Made by a program: the position numbers and the translations under genes. Shown here in pieces: positions 28,786 through 38,240 of a DNA stretch of 64,000 nt. The stretch comes from Candidatus Latescibacterota bacterium. GTDB taxonomy: Bacteria; Latescibacterota; UBA2968; GCA-2709665. Position 1 is the stretch's first letter; each line of letters begins with the position of its first letter. The DNA is taken from NCBI GenBank assembly GCA_965116875.1, contig OZ220733.1:2048001-2112000 (forward strand), read 5' to 3'. The notes beneath the pieces were generated by a model. It did not search any database. It worked only from the letters and a program-made list of their open reading frames with translations, and was not told the origin of the DNA.

Positions 28786-31305
28786 ATGAAGGCAGGTATG
28801 ATGTCACTACCCGTATTCGCGGTCGTTGTTGTCCTGTGTACAACCAAAGCCCCATTGGACGCTGCGTCGATTGCAAATGCCGGCGGAGTCGATTCTCTTT
28901 ATCAGGCGGGAATGCGGCTCGCGGAAACGGACTCACTGGTCGCCGCCGCCGCTCAGTTTCAGACCGCTCTGAAGGTCAACCCGAAACATGCGCCTTCATA
29001 CGTGGGGTTGGGTCACGTCCACCTCAAGTCAGGAAACCTGAAGGATGCAGAAAAAGCCTTTCGCCAGGCGCTAAGGAAGCGCAAGAACTTCGCTCCAGCC
29101 CTGAACGGACTGGGTCTCGTGTTTCGCAATACAGAGAAAATGCTGGATTGGGCAATCAAGTATTTTCGAAGGGCCGTTCGGGCTGACCGAGGTTACGTGG
29201 AAGCGTACTACAACCTGGCCCAAACGTACCGGGAAATTGGCAATTCGAGGGAACTGGACACGTACAAGAAACTGGTTAAGATGGACCCGGATCATCACGA
29301 TGTCTGGTTCCAGATTGGTCGGGTCTACAAAGATGGAAGAGCGGGTCGATTTCGAAATGCGCGAAAGGCAGAGGAAGCGTTCCGCCGGCAACTCCAGGTG
29401 AATCGAGCACATTTTGGGGCTCGGACCTATCTTGCACAGTGGTTGAAGGAAGAAGGACGCACGGATGAAGCGTTGGGGATGTTCAAGGCAGTCGTGGATA
29501 CGCCGAATGCCTATCAACGGCGCGCGTTCCTGGATCTGGCGGAGATGTATCAGCATGCGCGGGACCACGATCCGTTTGATGCGATACTGGATGCTTTCCT
29601 GGAGGGTCTGCCACCCGGCGAGCAGGCATTATACTATGATCTAAGCCTGGTGGTTAACAGCGATGAACTGTCCCGCTTCCAGGCGACGCCAGATGAAGAG
29701 CGCAAGGCGCAATCCGAAATTTTCTGGGCGCCTCGGGATCCTGCGCCGGTGACGGCGGCCAACGAACGGTGGATAGAGCACTGCCGCCGGGTGGCGTATG
29801 CACGGGAGCATTTCAGCGAGTACGAATTCCCCTGGGACGTACGTGGGGAGGTGTATGTACGTTATGGAAGGCCCGATCACATCAGTGCGTCGGAGAACAT
29901 CCGATTTGAGACGGACCCAAAGGTTCTTGCAGTTAAGGACCGGCTGATGAGCCAGGCGGGTGAAGCCCTGCAGCACCTCCTTCTGAGCCGGCGCATGGTC
30001 AGCTTCTACAGGTCGATGAGTGGATCAGTAGAGAAGGGTATGGACGACCAGGAGACGCTATCTACGATTCTTGGTTACCCGGTATACCCCGTTCGAGGCG
30101 TCTGGGAATACTGGATTTACTCGAACGTCGATGGTGGCGTGGAAGTGACTTTTGTACAGGTACACGGGCCAGGCCCAGGCCCCTACAAGTACGCAGAGGT
30201 GCCGCATGCGGGCGCCGCTATCTGGGTGGACGAGATCACAGGGCGAAACCCCGGCACCACCTTGTTGACTGACGGGCTAATGGATGAAATCCCTGATCCT
30301 TGGATCGATACTTCGATCGATACTTCGATGGCGACTGACGAGCCAACGGATGAAATCCTTCATCCTTCGATCGATACTTCGATCAAGTCAAATTTGATAT
30401 GGCAGCGAATGAACCCCGGTCTGGTGATGCGTCGCGTGGCGCGCAAGACGCCGGCGATTTACGAACAGGACTTTGCCACTGCCCCCCTCGATTTCTTCTA
30501 TGACGCGGCTCGATTCAAGGCAGATGACCGTTCGGTAAAACTGGAGGTGTACTATGGTATTCCCACGCGTGAACTTGACTACAAAGAAGGACCCGACGGA
30601 AGGCTGACGGCATACTTGAAGCGGGGCCTGGCGCTGCACGACGAGGATAACAAGCCGGTGTATCGGTCGAGCGAGGATATGGAGCTGTACACGTCGGGAC
30701 CGATTGATACCACCCAGATCGCATTTGTGCCGGAGATGGACCGGCTTTCTGTCGCGCCTGGCACTTATCGGCTATCCGTGCAGATTCTGGACTCGTCTTC
30801 GGATAAGTCTCAGGTCTACAACCGCGAAGTGGTGCTGCATCCATATGCCGATGACTCGCTGAGGGTGAGTGATATTGAGATGGCCTCATTGATTCGTCCA
30901 AGCCGTGGCAGCAAATTCACAAAAGGCGAGATCGAGGTGGTGCCTAATCCAAGTCTGTTCTATTTCGTGGGACAGCCGGTGTTTGTCTATTACGAAGTCT
31001 ACAACCTGACGAAGGACGAGTTCGGCAGGACAAGGTACCGGGTATTGTACGAACTGCATTCGCTCAATAAAGGTAACGTAGCGGTGAAGATCCTGAAGGC
31101 GCTTGGCAGGTTGGTCGGCATCGACAGAAAGGCTGAGGTCGTGAACGTGGAGTACGCGCACGAGGGAGACAGAGCCGATGAGTACGGATACCTGGAACTG
31201 GATATGTCGAAAACCGATGCGGGGCATCAGTTGTTGAAAGTCAAGGTTTTTGATGAGATAGCGGGCAGCCTGGCATCGTCGGCGGTATCGTTTGCAATTC
31301 GATAG
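28786..31305 (+). CDS. TPR + GWxTD-type protein #5
   Basis: ORF 28753..31305; signal peptide, TPRs, FWAPRDP...ERWIEHCRRV, PWDVRGEVYVRYGRPD, FVYYEVYNL. Confidence 0.85.
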   Translation: MKAGMMSLPVFAVVVVLCTTKAPLDAASIANAGGVDSLYQAGMRLAETDSLVAAAAQFQTALKVNPKHAPSYVGLGHVHLKSGNLKDAEKAFRQALRKRKNFAPALNGLGLVFRNTEKMLDWAIKYFRRAVRADRGYVEAYYNLAQTYREIGNSRELDTYKKLVKMDPDHHDVWFQIGRVYKDGRAGRFRNARKAEEAFRRQLQVNRAHFGARTYLAQWLKEEGRTDEALGMFKAVVDTPNAYQRRAFLDLAEMYQHARDHDPFDAILDAFLEGLPPGEQALYYDLSLVVNSDELSRFQATPDEERKAQSEIFWAPRDPAPVTAANERWIEHCRRVAYAREHFSEYEFPWDVRGEVYVRYGRPDHISASENIRFETDPKVLAVKDRLMSQAGEALQHLLLSRRMVSFYRSMSGSVEKGMDDQETLSTILGYPVYPVRGVWEYWIYSNVDGGVEVTFVQVHGPGPGPYKYAEVPHAGAAIWVDEITGRNPGTTLLTDGLMDEIPDPWIDTSIDTSMATDEPTDEILHPSIDTSIKSNLIWQRMNPGLVMRRVARKTPAIYEQDFATAPLDFFYDAARFKADDRSVKLEVYYGIPTRELDYKEGPDGRLTAYLKRGLALHDEDNKPVYRSSEDMELYTSGPIDTTQIAFVPEMDRLSVAPGTYRLSVQILDSSSDKSQVYNREVVLHPYADDSLRVSDIEMASLIRPSRGSKFTKGEIEVVPNPSLFYFVGQPVFVYYEVYNLTKDEFGRTRYRVLYELHSLNKGNVAVKILKALGRLVGIDRKAEVVNVEYAHEGDRADEYGYLELDMSKTDAGHQLLKVKVFDEIAGSLASSAVSFAIR
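30267..30384 (+). repeat. In-frame 66-bp-period duplication with a 12-bp sub-repeat inside GWxTD #5
   Basis: GACTGACG..GGATGAAATCC..ATCCTT.GATCGATACTTCGATC starts at 30267 and 30333; peptide TDGLMDEIPDPWIDTSIDTS / TDEPTDEILHPSIDTSI. Confidence 0.85.
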
Positions 31306-31314
31306 CGTTTTTTC

Positions 31315-31428
31315 CAGCACTGCTGTCCAAGAACCGCGGGATTCCTGGAGATGAGGTTCGAAAAGTGGATTCCTTTCGCGATTACGGACGGCTTTGACAA
31401 CGAAAACCAGGTTGCCACGGGTTCGCGT
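31315..31428. repeat. Repeat directly after the GWxTD #5 stop
   Basis: Near-identical to 19868-19987 (6-bp indel, a few substitutions). Confidence 0.9.
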
Positions 31429-31665
31429 TTTTTACAATACCTGTCATTCTGAGCGGAGCGAAGAATCTCCCGTCTTTTCGATTGCCCCTGACGAAAGCGC
31501 GCCGTAAACGCATTTGCGCGGAGGCATTGTCGGCATCGAGACGGGCAGACAGGAATGTCCGCCTACCCCCTCACACCGGCTTCACCACCATGACAGCTGG
31601 CCGCACCAACGCCTGATGTGTCTTCCGACCCCTTCGCTTTCTATGCATCGACAATATTCCCGTGT

Positions 31666-32514
31666 TCAGTCCCAACGTCGACGAATGAACTTCGCAACGC
31701 CGTCTGCATCATTGCTGCCGATGATCCCGGTTGCGCGTTCCTTGACGGCTGGTATGGCATTCCCCACCGCGAGGGCCTCGTCCGCCAACTTGAACATCCC
31801 CAGGTCGTTTTTATCGTCGCCAAAGACGACAAGACGACGGTCTTCCAGACCCTTCAAGCGCTGAACGTACCGTATGCCGGCTTCTTTCGTGGCGCCGGCA
31901 TCCTGAATGGTCAGCCAGTGCCATCCTGGAGAAGGCAAATTCTCGAAACATTGGGTCTGGATCCGCCCAGCAAAAGGCTGGCTCATTTCATCAGCAAGTT
32001 TCTCCATTTCCGATCCCGTTCCGATGACTCTCAGACTGACCACCTGCTCTTCCAGACCGCGCTCCAGGTCGTGCAGATAGTGCATTCGCGGGTCCTGGTT
32101 GAGCTTCCTGTTTCTCACGTACCATGCCATGCCTCCATTGGTGATATCGCGGTAGTAACATCGGTCGGTATCGCCGTCATAAGTCGAGATGAAGGGCACG
32201 TGGCCGGAACGAGCAATCAGTTGCCACAGTCCGGGCAGGATATCGCGGTGCAGTTCGTGGACCACATAGTGCCGACCGCCAACCAGATCGGAGACGAAGG
32301 CGCCGTTGACTTCAACGACCGGCAAACAAAGACGCAGGCCAGCCAGCACCTGGCGCATGGAGGCGATACTGCGTGCGCTGGCCACAGTGAATAGCAGACC
32401 CTGATCCATCAACGTGTTAAGGGTATCCCTGCTGTATCGAGATAGAGTCGTTTCGCTATCCAGAAGTGTGCCATCCAGATCGGAGATGTAAAGGGAAGGA
32501 TCGGGGAGCATCAA
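31666..32514 (-). CDS. Cof-type HAD-IIB hydrolase
   Basis: SDLDGTLL, ASAR, ATKEAG, FGDDKNDLGMF, NA...VKERA motifs. Confidence 0.93.
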   Translation of the reverse strand: MMLPDPSLYISDLDGTLLDSETTLSRYSRDTLNTLMDQGLLFTVASARSIASMRQVLAGLRLCLPVVEVNGAFVSDLVGGRHYVVHELHRDILPGLWQLIARSGHVPFISTYDGDTDRCYYRDITNGGMAWYVRNRKLNQDPRMHYLHDLERGLEEQVVSLRVIGTGSEMEKLADEMSQPFAGRIQTQCFENLPSPGWHWLTIQDAGATKEAGIRYVQRLKGLEDRRLVVFGDDKNDLGMFKLADEALAVGNAIPAVKERATGIIGSNDADGVAKFIRRRWD

Positions 32515-32756
32515 GTTTTACCGTTGTTTCGCTGCCCGCTCATGTGCTTATATTTCTCCTGGAGATGCCGAGAATATACCTCTGAGCGGTAGAATCTACA
32601 ATGTTCGGAAAGGGCGATTCTTCCAGGCTGTAGCAGATGCCCAACCAGACATCCGATCTCAGTCGAATACTCGCCAAGACTTGTCGAAATCCCAAACCAT
32701 CGGGCATAACCACGCCGCTGAACTCTGGCACTTCTGTCAAATCGGAGTCGACCGCA

Positions 32757-33230
32757 ATGCAGGTCTCTCGCTTTCGAAGTTTCCTGTTTCATTTGGCGAG
32801 TATCTATTGGAAAGTGTTTCGCCCGAAGACGTTCGGTGTAAAAGGAACTCTCCCACATCCGGATGACGATCGGCAGATCCTGTTGATCCGAAACACATAT
32901 GGGAACACAATGCTATGGAATCTTCCCGGGGGTGGCTACCAACCGAAACGGGAATCGCCCGAACGCGCGATCGATCGGGAGATCAGGGAAGAGTTGTCGG
33001 TTACGCCATACAACACGGAACGATTGGGGCAGTACCGAACTGACACGGAGGGCAAGCGTGACACGGTAATCATATTTCTTTGTCGAATAACTGCAGATCG
33101 CGAGAGAGGTAGTTCAGAAATTGCCGAGATAAGATGGGTTTCACTGGACAAACTCGATCAACTCCAAAACATCGCGCGGGTAGCAGTCCACGGTATTGAA
33201 CTCTTCAAGAAAAGATTGAACCTCATATAG
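32757..33230 (+). CDS. NUDIX hydrolase
   Basis: WNLPGGG...ESPERAIDREIREEL Nudix box; GGAG upstream of ATG 32757. Confidence 0.88.
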   Translation: MQVSRFRSFLFHLASIYWKVFRPKTFGVKGTLPHPDDDRQILLIRNTYGNTMLWNLPGGGYQPKRESPERAIDREIREELSVTPYNTERLGQYRTDTEGKRDTVIIFLCRITADRERGSSEIAEIRWVSLDKLDQLQNIARVAVHGIELFKKRLNLI

Positions 33231-33329
33231 GTATTACGTTGATACGTGGCGTGAGCTTAGGTCGATCAGTCCTGAAGCGAGGATGGGATTGGGCAGCGAT
33301 CTGAAATTTCCATCTACGGCTATCAGGTC

Positions 33330-33893
33330 TCATTGAAGAAGCTCTTTCCGGTTCGGCATACGAGTGATAACATACTGTTTCACCTGCTCATACACCTGAT
33401 CCTCGCCGCCGCTGGCATCGACGGAATGCACCTCTGTACGATTTAGTTCCTGCAGGTAGTTCCAGATATTGCGGACTTTCGGCTCAGTCCTGAAGTATGA
33501 AGGAGCTGCGTAACCCTCCGGCGTGGCACGATGCCGCACTTCAAGCCGCTCCAGACACACTTCGTGCGAACATCGGAGAACGACGGGAATGAACAGCGTG
33601 CGCGGATGCCGTTTGAGAATGCCATCCAGCTTCCGCCACTGGAAATCCCATCCCAGGGTCAGGTCGAGAACCACGCTGGCGGACGACGTGATGAATTCAT
33701 CGCAAAGCCGGAATAGTACGTCGTACGCTACGCGGTACGCGTCAATCCTCCCCTCCCGGATTCCTTTCGACCCCTCGATCGTTCGACCGATGATATCCGA
33801 ACTCAGACAGGGCAGATTGAACTCGCTGGAGAGTCTCCGGCAAACCGTCGTCTTCCCGGCGCCGGGGAATCCGCCTATTGCAATCAATGCCAT
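33330..33893 (-). CDS. P-loop kinase/ATPase (AAA_33-like)
   Basis: Walker A GFPGAGKT, SSDIIG, VVLD, CLERLEVR lid. Confidence 0.85.
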   Translation of the reverse strand: MALIAIGGFPGAGKTTVCRRLSSEFNLPCLSSDIIGRTIEGSKGIREGRIDAYRVAYDVLFRLCDEFITSSASVVLDLTLGWDFQWRKLDGILKRHPRTLFIPVVLRCSHEVCLERLEVRHRATPEGYAAPSYFRTEPKVRNIWNYLQELNRTEVHSVDASGGEDQVYEQVKQYVITRMPNRKELLQ

Positions 33894-33968
33894 CCGATGC
33901 TCTCTGGCAGGGAGATGACGCGCGAAATTCGATTCACGTACAGGATGGTACGGACGTTTTTTCAGCCG

Positions 33969-35099
33969 CTAAGCCAGCTCCACCTTGAACAGGAAGCTCG
34001 CGCGGAAGTGGTTGTCCGATTCGGCCACGATGAACGTCTTCGCGTCCACCATGCACATATGGTGCGCCAGCCAGCACCGCGTACCGTCCTGCGTATCCTG
34101 AATCGGCCCGAGGTTATCGAACCGCCGGGTTTCCCGGTCATACGTGAAGAAGTGCGTATCGTAGTTTCCGCCGCTGACCCCATAGATCAACCCGTCGGGG
34201 CCCTCGATCAGTCCCTTCATACGCGGCGCGACATAAGGTTTTCCCAGATACGTCGCGCACACGCCGGTGCCGCTGTGATCCACCTGTACCAGCGCCCCCG
34301 CGCTGGTTCCGACGTACATCGTCCCGTCCTCCGTCAGCAGCGACGAATCCATCTGATTCGACCCCTTAATTCCCGGCGAAACGTCCGGCAGGTCCACGTT
34401 CGTAAAGTCGATCTCGTCCCTGGCAGGATCGTATCGAAGCAGTGGATAACGCCCGGCCCATTGCATCAGTTCGTACGTGTGCCAGGCGCCGCCGTCCGCG
34501 TCCAGGGCGAGATGCTCGGTGGATACGTCGCCCAGCATGGTCAGCACACGCGCGCTGTCGCTACCGATATCGTATCGAAACATCTTTCGTCCGGGAAACG
34601 TATCGCCGTAGATGACGCCCCGCCGGCGGTCCAAGACGAATCCCTGAACGTAGTCGTGCTCGATCGGGATGCACAGGAACTCGTACTCTCCGGTCCGGGG
34701 GTCGTATCGGAAGATCGGTCCGCCCGTAGCTTTCGGCCAGATGTCGGCGTCGCCCAGTGTGGCGACACCCGCGTACACGCGTCCCTCGTCGTCCACCTCC
34801 AGGCCCTGGTGGATCTTGCTTCCGTACCGGTCCCTCTCCCCGGGATAATTCAGGGACGTCCACGTACCCGTCGCCGGGTCGAATGAGTAGAAGATGTCCC
34901 TGTCCAGCGCGGTCAGCCCCACGTAGACCAGGCCGTCTATCGGGTTGTAGCACACGCACGTGGGAGAGATCCACTTCCGGCCGAAGACCTCGTCTTCAAT
35001 CCAGTCCTCGCTCGCCTTCCACTTCGTGAAGTGGTTCCACTTTTCCATACTGATTTCGCATTCCCGAAGCCGATGGGCGGTGATTCTTTCTATCTTCAT
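33969..35099 (-). CDS. Beta-propeller hypothetical protein
   Basis: Repeated DGxxY..G....F.YDP blades; start MKIERI preferred. Confidence 0.75.
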   Translation of the reverse strand: MKIERITAHRLRECEISMEKWNHFTKWKASEDWIEDEVFGRKWISPTCVCYNPIDGLVYVGLTALDRDIFYSFDPATGTWTSLNYPGERDRYGSKIHQGLEVDDEGRVYAGVATLGDADIWPKATGGPIFRYDPRTGEYEFLCIPIEHDYVQGFVLDRRRGVIYGDTFPGRKMFRYDIGSDSARVLTMLGDVSTEHLALDADGGAWHTYELMQWAGRYPLLRYDPARDEIDFTNVDLPDVSPGIKGSNQMDSSLLTEDGTMYVGTSAGALVQVDHSGTGVCATYLGKPYVAPRMKGLIEGPDGLIYGVSGGNYDTHFFTYDRETRRFDNLGPIQDTQDGTRCWLAHHMCMVDAKTFIVAESDNHFRASFLFKVELA

Positions 35100-35160
35100 G
35101 ATTTTACCCTCGAGTGTGGACGTATGTTTTTCTGCGCGTGCATTCGGGTTTACCGCCGAA

Positions 35161-35931
35161 TCAGCCGGATTCCGCCCTTTGCGATGGAAGGACGGCAATC
35201 AGCCGGCAGGGCGCCGCGCACGCGCCTCTGATTTTCATCGGCAAAGCGATCAGCCGGATTCGGGGGGCGGCAATCTCCGCCACGTTCATCAGCGAACCGA
35301 TCACCAGAACGCCGGATCTCATCAGCATGGGCCAGAAGCTCGGTTCTTCCTCTCCATCGTGCCAGCTCGCCATGTCCGACGCCAGGATCGAAGGCTCCTG
35401 ATTCACCGCCCAGTCGATCGCGTCGTAGCTGAAATGCGGCGTCAGTTCGCAGCGAATGTCGCCGCTGCCAAACCGGTCGTATCCCGTGGCGACCAGGATT
35501 GCGTCCCCCGGATGGATCGTTTCTCCCAGGTCCGCCAGAGCACGACCCAGGTCGGCGGCGGTCACCTTTTCGTCCTTCCCCCTGGGAATATGCATCACCA
35601 CCGCGGATACGAACAGCCGTTCCAGGCCGACTTCGGAAATCGACTCCATTTCAGGATAGAGGTGTGCTCCGGTTTCCAGATAGTTTCCGGCCTGCACGCA
35701 CATACGAACTTCCTGAGTGTAACTGCGGTACTCGCGGCCCATGCACAGGGCCTCCATTTCTTCGTCCAGTTCGTGCATCCTGAACGAGGGCAGCGTACCG
35801 GTCATATCCACGGGCATACCGTTGAAGTAATCGCAGGTGAGGTCGACGAGCCGACCCACGTCCCACGTCTGGTTCAACGCTACACCCGAAACCCCGCCGC
35901 CGCCCGATTCTTCTGTTCTATCCGACTTCAT
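35161..35931 (-). CDS. Cyclase family (kynurenine formamidase-like) protein with degenerate motif
   Basis: LVDLT, GDAILVATG, LIALPMKIRGACAAPCRLIA match the family; the HxGTHxD motif is replaced by QAGNYLE. Confidence 0.8.
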   Translation of the reverse strand: MKSDRTEESGGGGVSGVALNQTWDVGRLVDLTCDYFNGMPVDMTGTLPSFRMHELDEEMEALCMGREYRSYTQEVRMCVQAGNYLETGAHLYPEMESISEVGLERLFVSAVVMHIPRGKDEKVTAADLGRALADLGETIHPGDAILVATGYDRFGSGDIRCELTPHFSYDAIDWAVNQEPSILASDMASWHDGEEEPSFWPMLMRSGVLVIGSLMNVAEIAAPRIRLIALPMKIRGACAAPCRLIAVLPSQRAESG

Positions 35932-36035
35932 GTCTTGCCTCCGTTTGCGCAAGCAGCTTCGGAATCAGATGTCAGGTTCATTTTACAGGTTCAACGCACC
36001 CGACGAACGCCAATAGGATTTGACCTTGAGCCGCT

Positions 36036-36112
36036 CCCTGAGCTTGTCGAAGGGTCGGCGAAGTGGTATCGATCGGATTGCAAATCGCTGGCATTTCGAC
36101 AAGCTCAATGAC
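36036..36112. repeat. Inverted REP pair (same family as at 28.1 kb)
   Basis: CCCTGAGCTTGTCGAAGGG ... TTTCGACAAGCTCAATGACC. Confidence 0.75.
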
Positions 36113-36243
36113 CACGCGTTTACAGGCTAACTTCGACTTGCTAAATGTAAGTCTAGACTATTGCTTACGCTGGCGGCATGGAGTCAAGATTAGCAGACGC
36201 GATCGTTGAACGATACGCAGCGCAAATTCACCCTATCCCGCCC

Positions 36244-38208
36244 TTATGCATAGGGAAAGAACGCATTTGAGACGGTTCCCGTAAAGTAGTCCACAGCGAT
36301 CCAGACGCCGGTGCAAACGGCCTCTCCAATGATGATTCCCATAAAGAACGGACGCGTCGACCTGTACAGCCGGGCGCCCCCGAACCTCAGCACGAGGTTC
36401 TTGACGCCCCAGGCCAGGAATACATTGATAAAGAAGTAATCCGTATAGGCAATCGTGCTGACCGGAAGCGCGACAGGATGCAGGGGCCACCACACGAACC
36501 GCGCACGCATCGCCGCCAATAACGCCGCAATGGCGCCCCCCAGCCCCAGATACAGAAATCCTCTCGTGAAGATCGGACTCGGCTCAAGCATGCGCCGCCC
36601 GACAAAGGCATCGAACGGAAGACGCGCGTAGTCCAGAAAGTGCCGGTCGAGATTCAGCCCGCCGTGCCCGTAGCCAAGCTTCAGCGTCATCGTGCCCGCA
36701 GTGATCAGCCCCACCGCCAGCGCCAGCCCCATCGCCCACACCAGGCCCCGCCTCCGTGCGAATCGCCGCGCAAGAAAGAGGGCGCCCGCCGCCCTGGGCA
36801 TCAGCGTACTCGTTCGCGTCATCGTCCAGGCGTAGCCGAACCCCAGCGTCACCAGTCCTGCCGGGCCGAAAGCGGAAGACCCGATCATGCACACAGCGAA
36901 CTCAGACGGATTGATGGGTGAGTACGCGGTGACGAATCCGGTCTCACTCACAACACGCGCCATCACCAGGAACACGATGAAACAGGATGCGAACAAGACC
37001 AGGATCACCGGCGGAGACATCCCGGCCTGGTACAGCCAGCACCCCAGATAGAGGGTTCCTCCGCCGATCCCGATCACCGCTGCCCGGTAGGACATCACCT
37101 CCTTTGAATCGTCCGCCGCGGATGGTCTTCCCAGCGCCGTGGCCGCAACCTGGCGCAGGTGTTCGCGCCCAACCCACAGGCTGTACGCGGCCAGGACCAC
37201 CATGTAGCCCATGCCCATCAGGGCCAGCGACGCGTGTCCCTGGGAACTGAAACGGCCCACCACGCCCGAGACATTGTAGCGTTCCGCACCCAGGATTGCC
37301 AGTACTCCCCGGACAATCTTGGAGATCACGTTGAACACCCAGATGCTCAGGCTCACGTCCGTATTCACGAAATAGGAGTACCCCAGAATAGCGAAGTGCA
37401 GCCTGAGGCGCAAGGGCGTCGTACCGTCGAAAATCCAGATATCGTGAACAAGGCCGATCCGCGGGATCGTGTGAAAATAGTGGTGCAGCGCGTTAATCGA
37501 ACCGATCGCGAACGGAATCGCGAAACCCGCCCACGTCAACCGGCTCCTGAAGAGCCGTCCCACCCTTCCGCTTCGGGTCTCGCTCACCTCCAAAGGTACC
37601 TGCATGATGGGAAACGCGAACCGTTCGTGGTCCTCCCACTGCTTTCGCAGGATTACCGCCAGGCAGATCAGTACCCCGAGAAGCACCAGCAGAAACGCGC
37701 CCCAGCTCACGAGCGGGACGAGCCATGCCTCCCACGGCGGGGAAACCCCGTCGGGCAGCCCCTCGTAGAGTCCCCGGACGACCTCGATGTCCCGCGGCGC
37801 CGTCCAGGTGACGATGTTGGGCAACACGGCCTCCAGGTCGCGCCGCTCGGGAGATGCATAGTAGGTGACGCCGGTGAGGTACGAGATCAGGTGCTTGACC
37901 ATTTGCGAAACGGGCAGCAGAAACAGAAACATCACGTAAATGGCCAGCAGTTCGCCGCGATTCAGAGCGAGTCGTTTCTTAAGCGCGGCAAGCAGCGGAT
38001 TGGCGAACAGGACGAGCAGGAAAAGGAGTACCAGCGCGCCGCGGTCTATGAAATACGCGTTCAGCCAACGGCCCTGGATTACCATGCGATTGTAGGGCAG
38101 CACCAGTCCCAGAAAGGCGCACAGAGCAAGGCCGATCAGAAATGCCCGGGGGCTCAGGCCGTCCCGTCCGTCTTCATCGGGCGCGTGGTAGCCGGGTTCG
38201 CGGTTCAT
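36244..38208 (-). CDS. Polytopic membrane protein, DUF6785-like (putative peptide transporter)
   Basis: Many TM helices; RKQWEDHERFAFPI, WWPLHPV, RFGG.RLY...PFFMG motifs; start MNREPG at 38208. Confidence 0.75.
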   Translation of the reverse strand: MNREPGYHAPDEDGRDGLSPRAFLIGLALCAFLGLVLPYNRMVIQGRWLNAYFIDRGALVLLFLLVLFANPLLAALKKRLALNRGELLAIYVMFLFLLPVSQMVKHLISYLTGVTYYASPERRDLEAVLPNIVTWTAPRDIEVVRGLYEGLPDGVSPPWEAWLVPLVSWGAFLLVLLGVLICLAVILRKQWEDHERFAFPIMQVPLEVSETRSGRVGRLFRSRLTWAGFAIPFAIGSINALHHYFHTIPRIGLVHDIWIFDGTTPLRLRLHFAILGYSYFVNTDVSLSIWVFNVISKIVRGVLAILGAERYNVSGVVGRFSSQGHASLALMGMGYMVVLAAYSLWVGREHLRQVAATALGRPSAADDSKEVMSYRAAVIGIGGGTLYLGCWLYQAGMSPPVILVLFASCFIVFLVMARVVSETGFVTAYSPINPSEFAVCMIGSSAFGPAGLVTLGFGYAWTMTRTSTLMPRAAGALFLARRFARRRGLVWAMGLALAVGLITAGTMTLKLGYGHGGLNLDRHFLDYARLPFDAFVGRRMLEPSPIFTRGFLYLGLGGAIAALLAAMRARFVWWPLHPVALPVSTIAYTDYFFINVFLAWGVKNLVLRFGGARLYRSTRPFFMGIIIGEAVCTGVWIAVDYFTGTVSNAFFPYA

Positions 38209-38240
38209 TCCTGATATGGTCCCTTCAATTCGTGAACGTG

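Noticed and set aside
32511-32858. 115-aa minus-strand ORF between the HAD and NUDIX genes
   Set aside because: It overlaps the NUDIX gene antisense and has no motif; probably a divergent promoter region.
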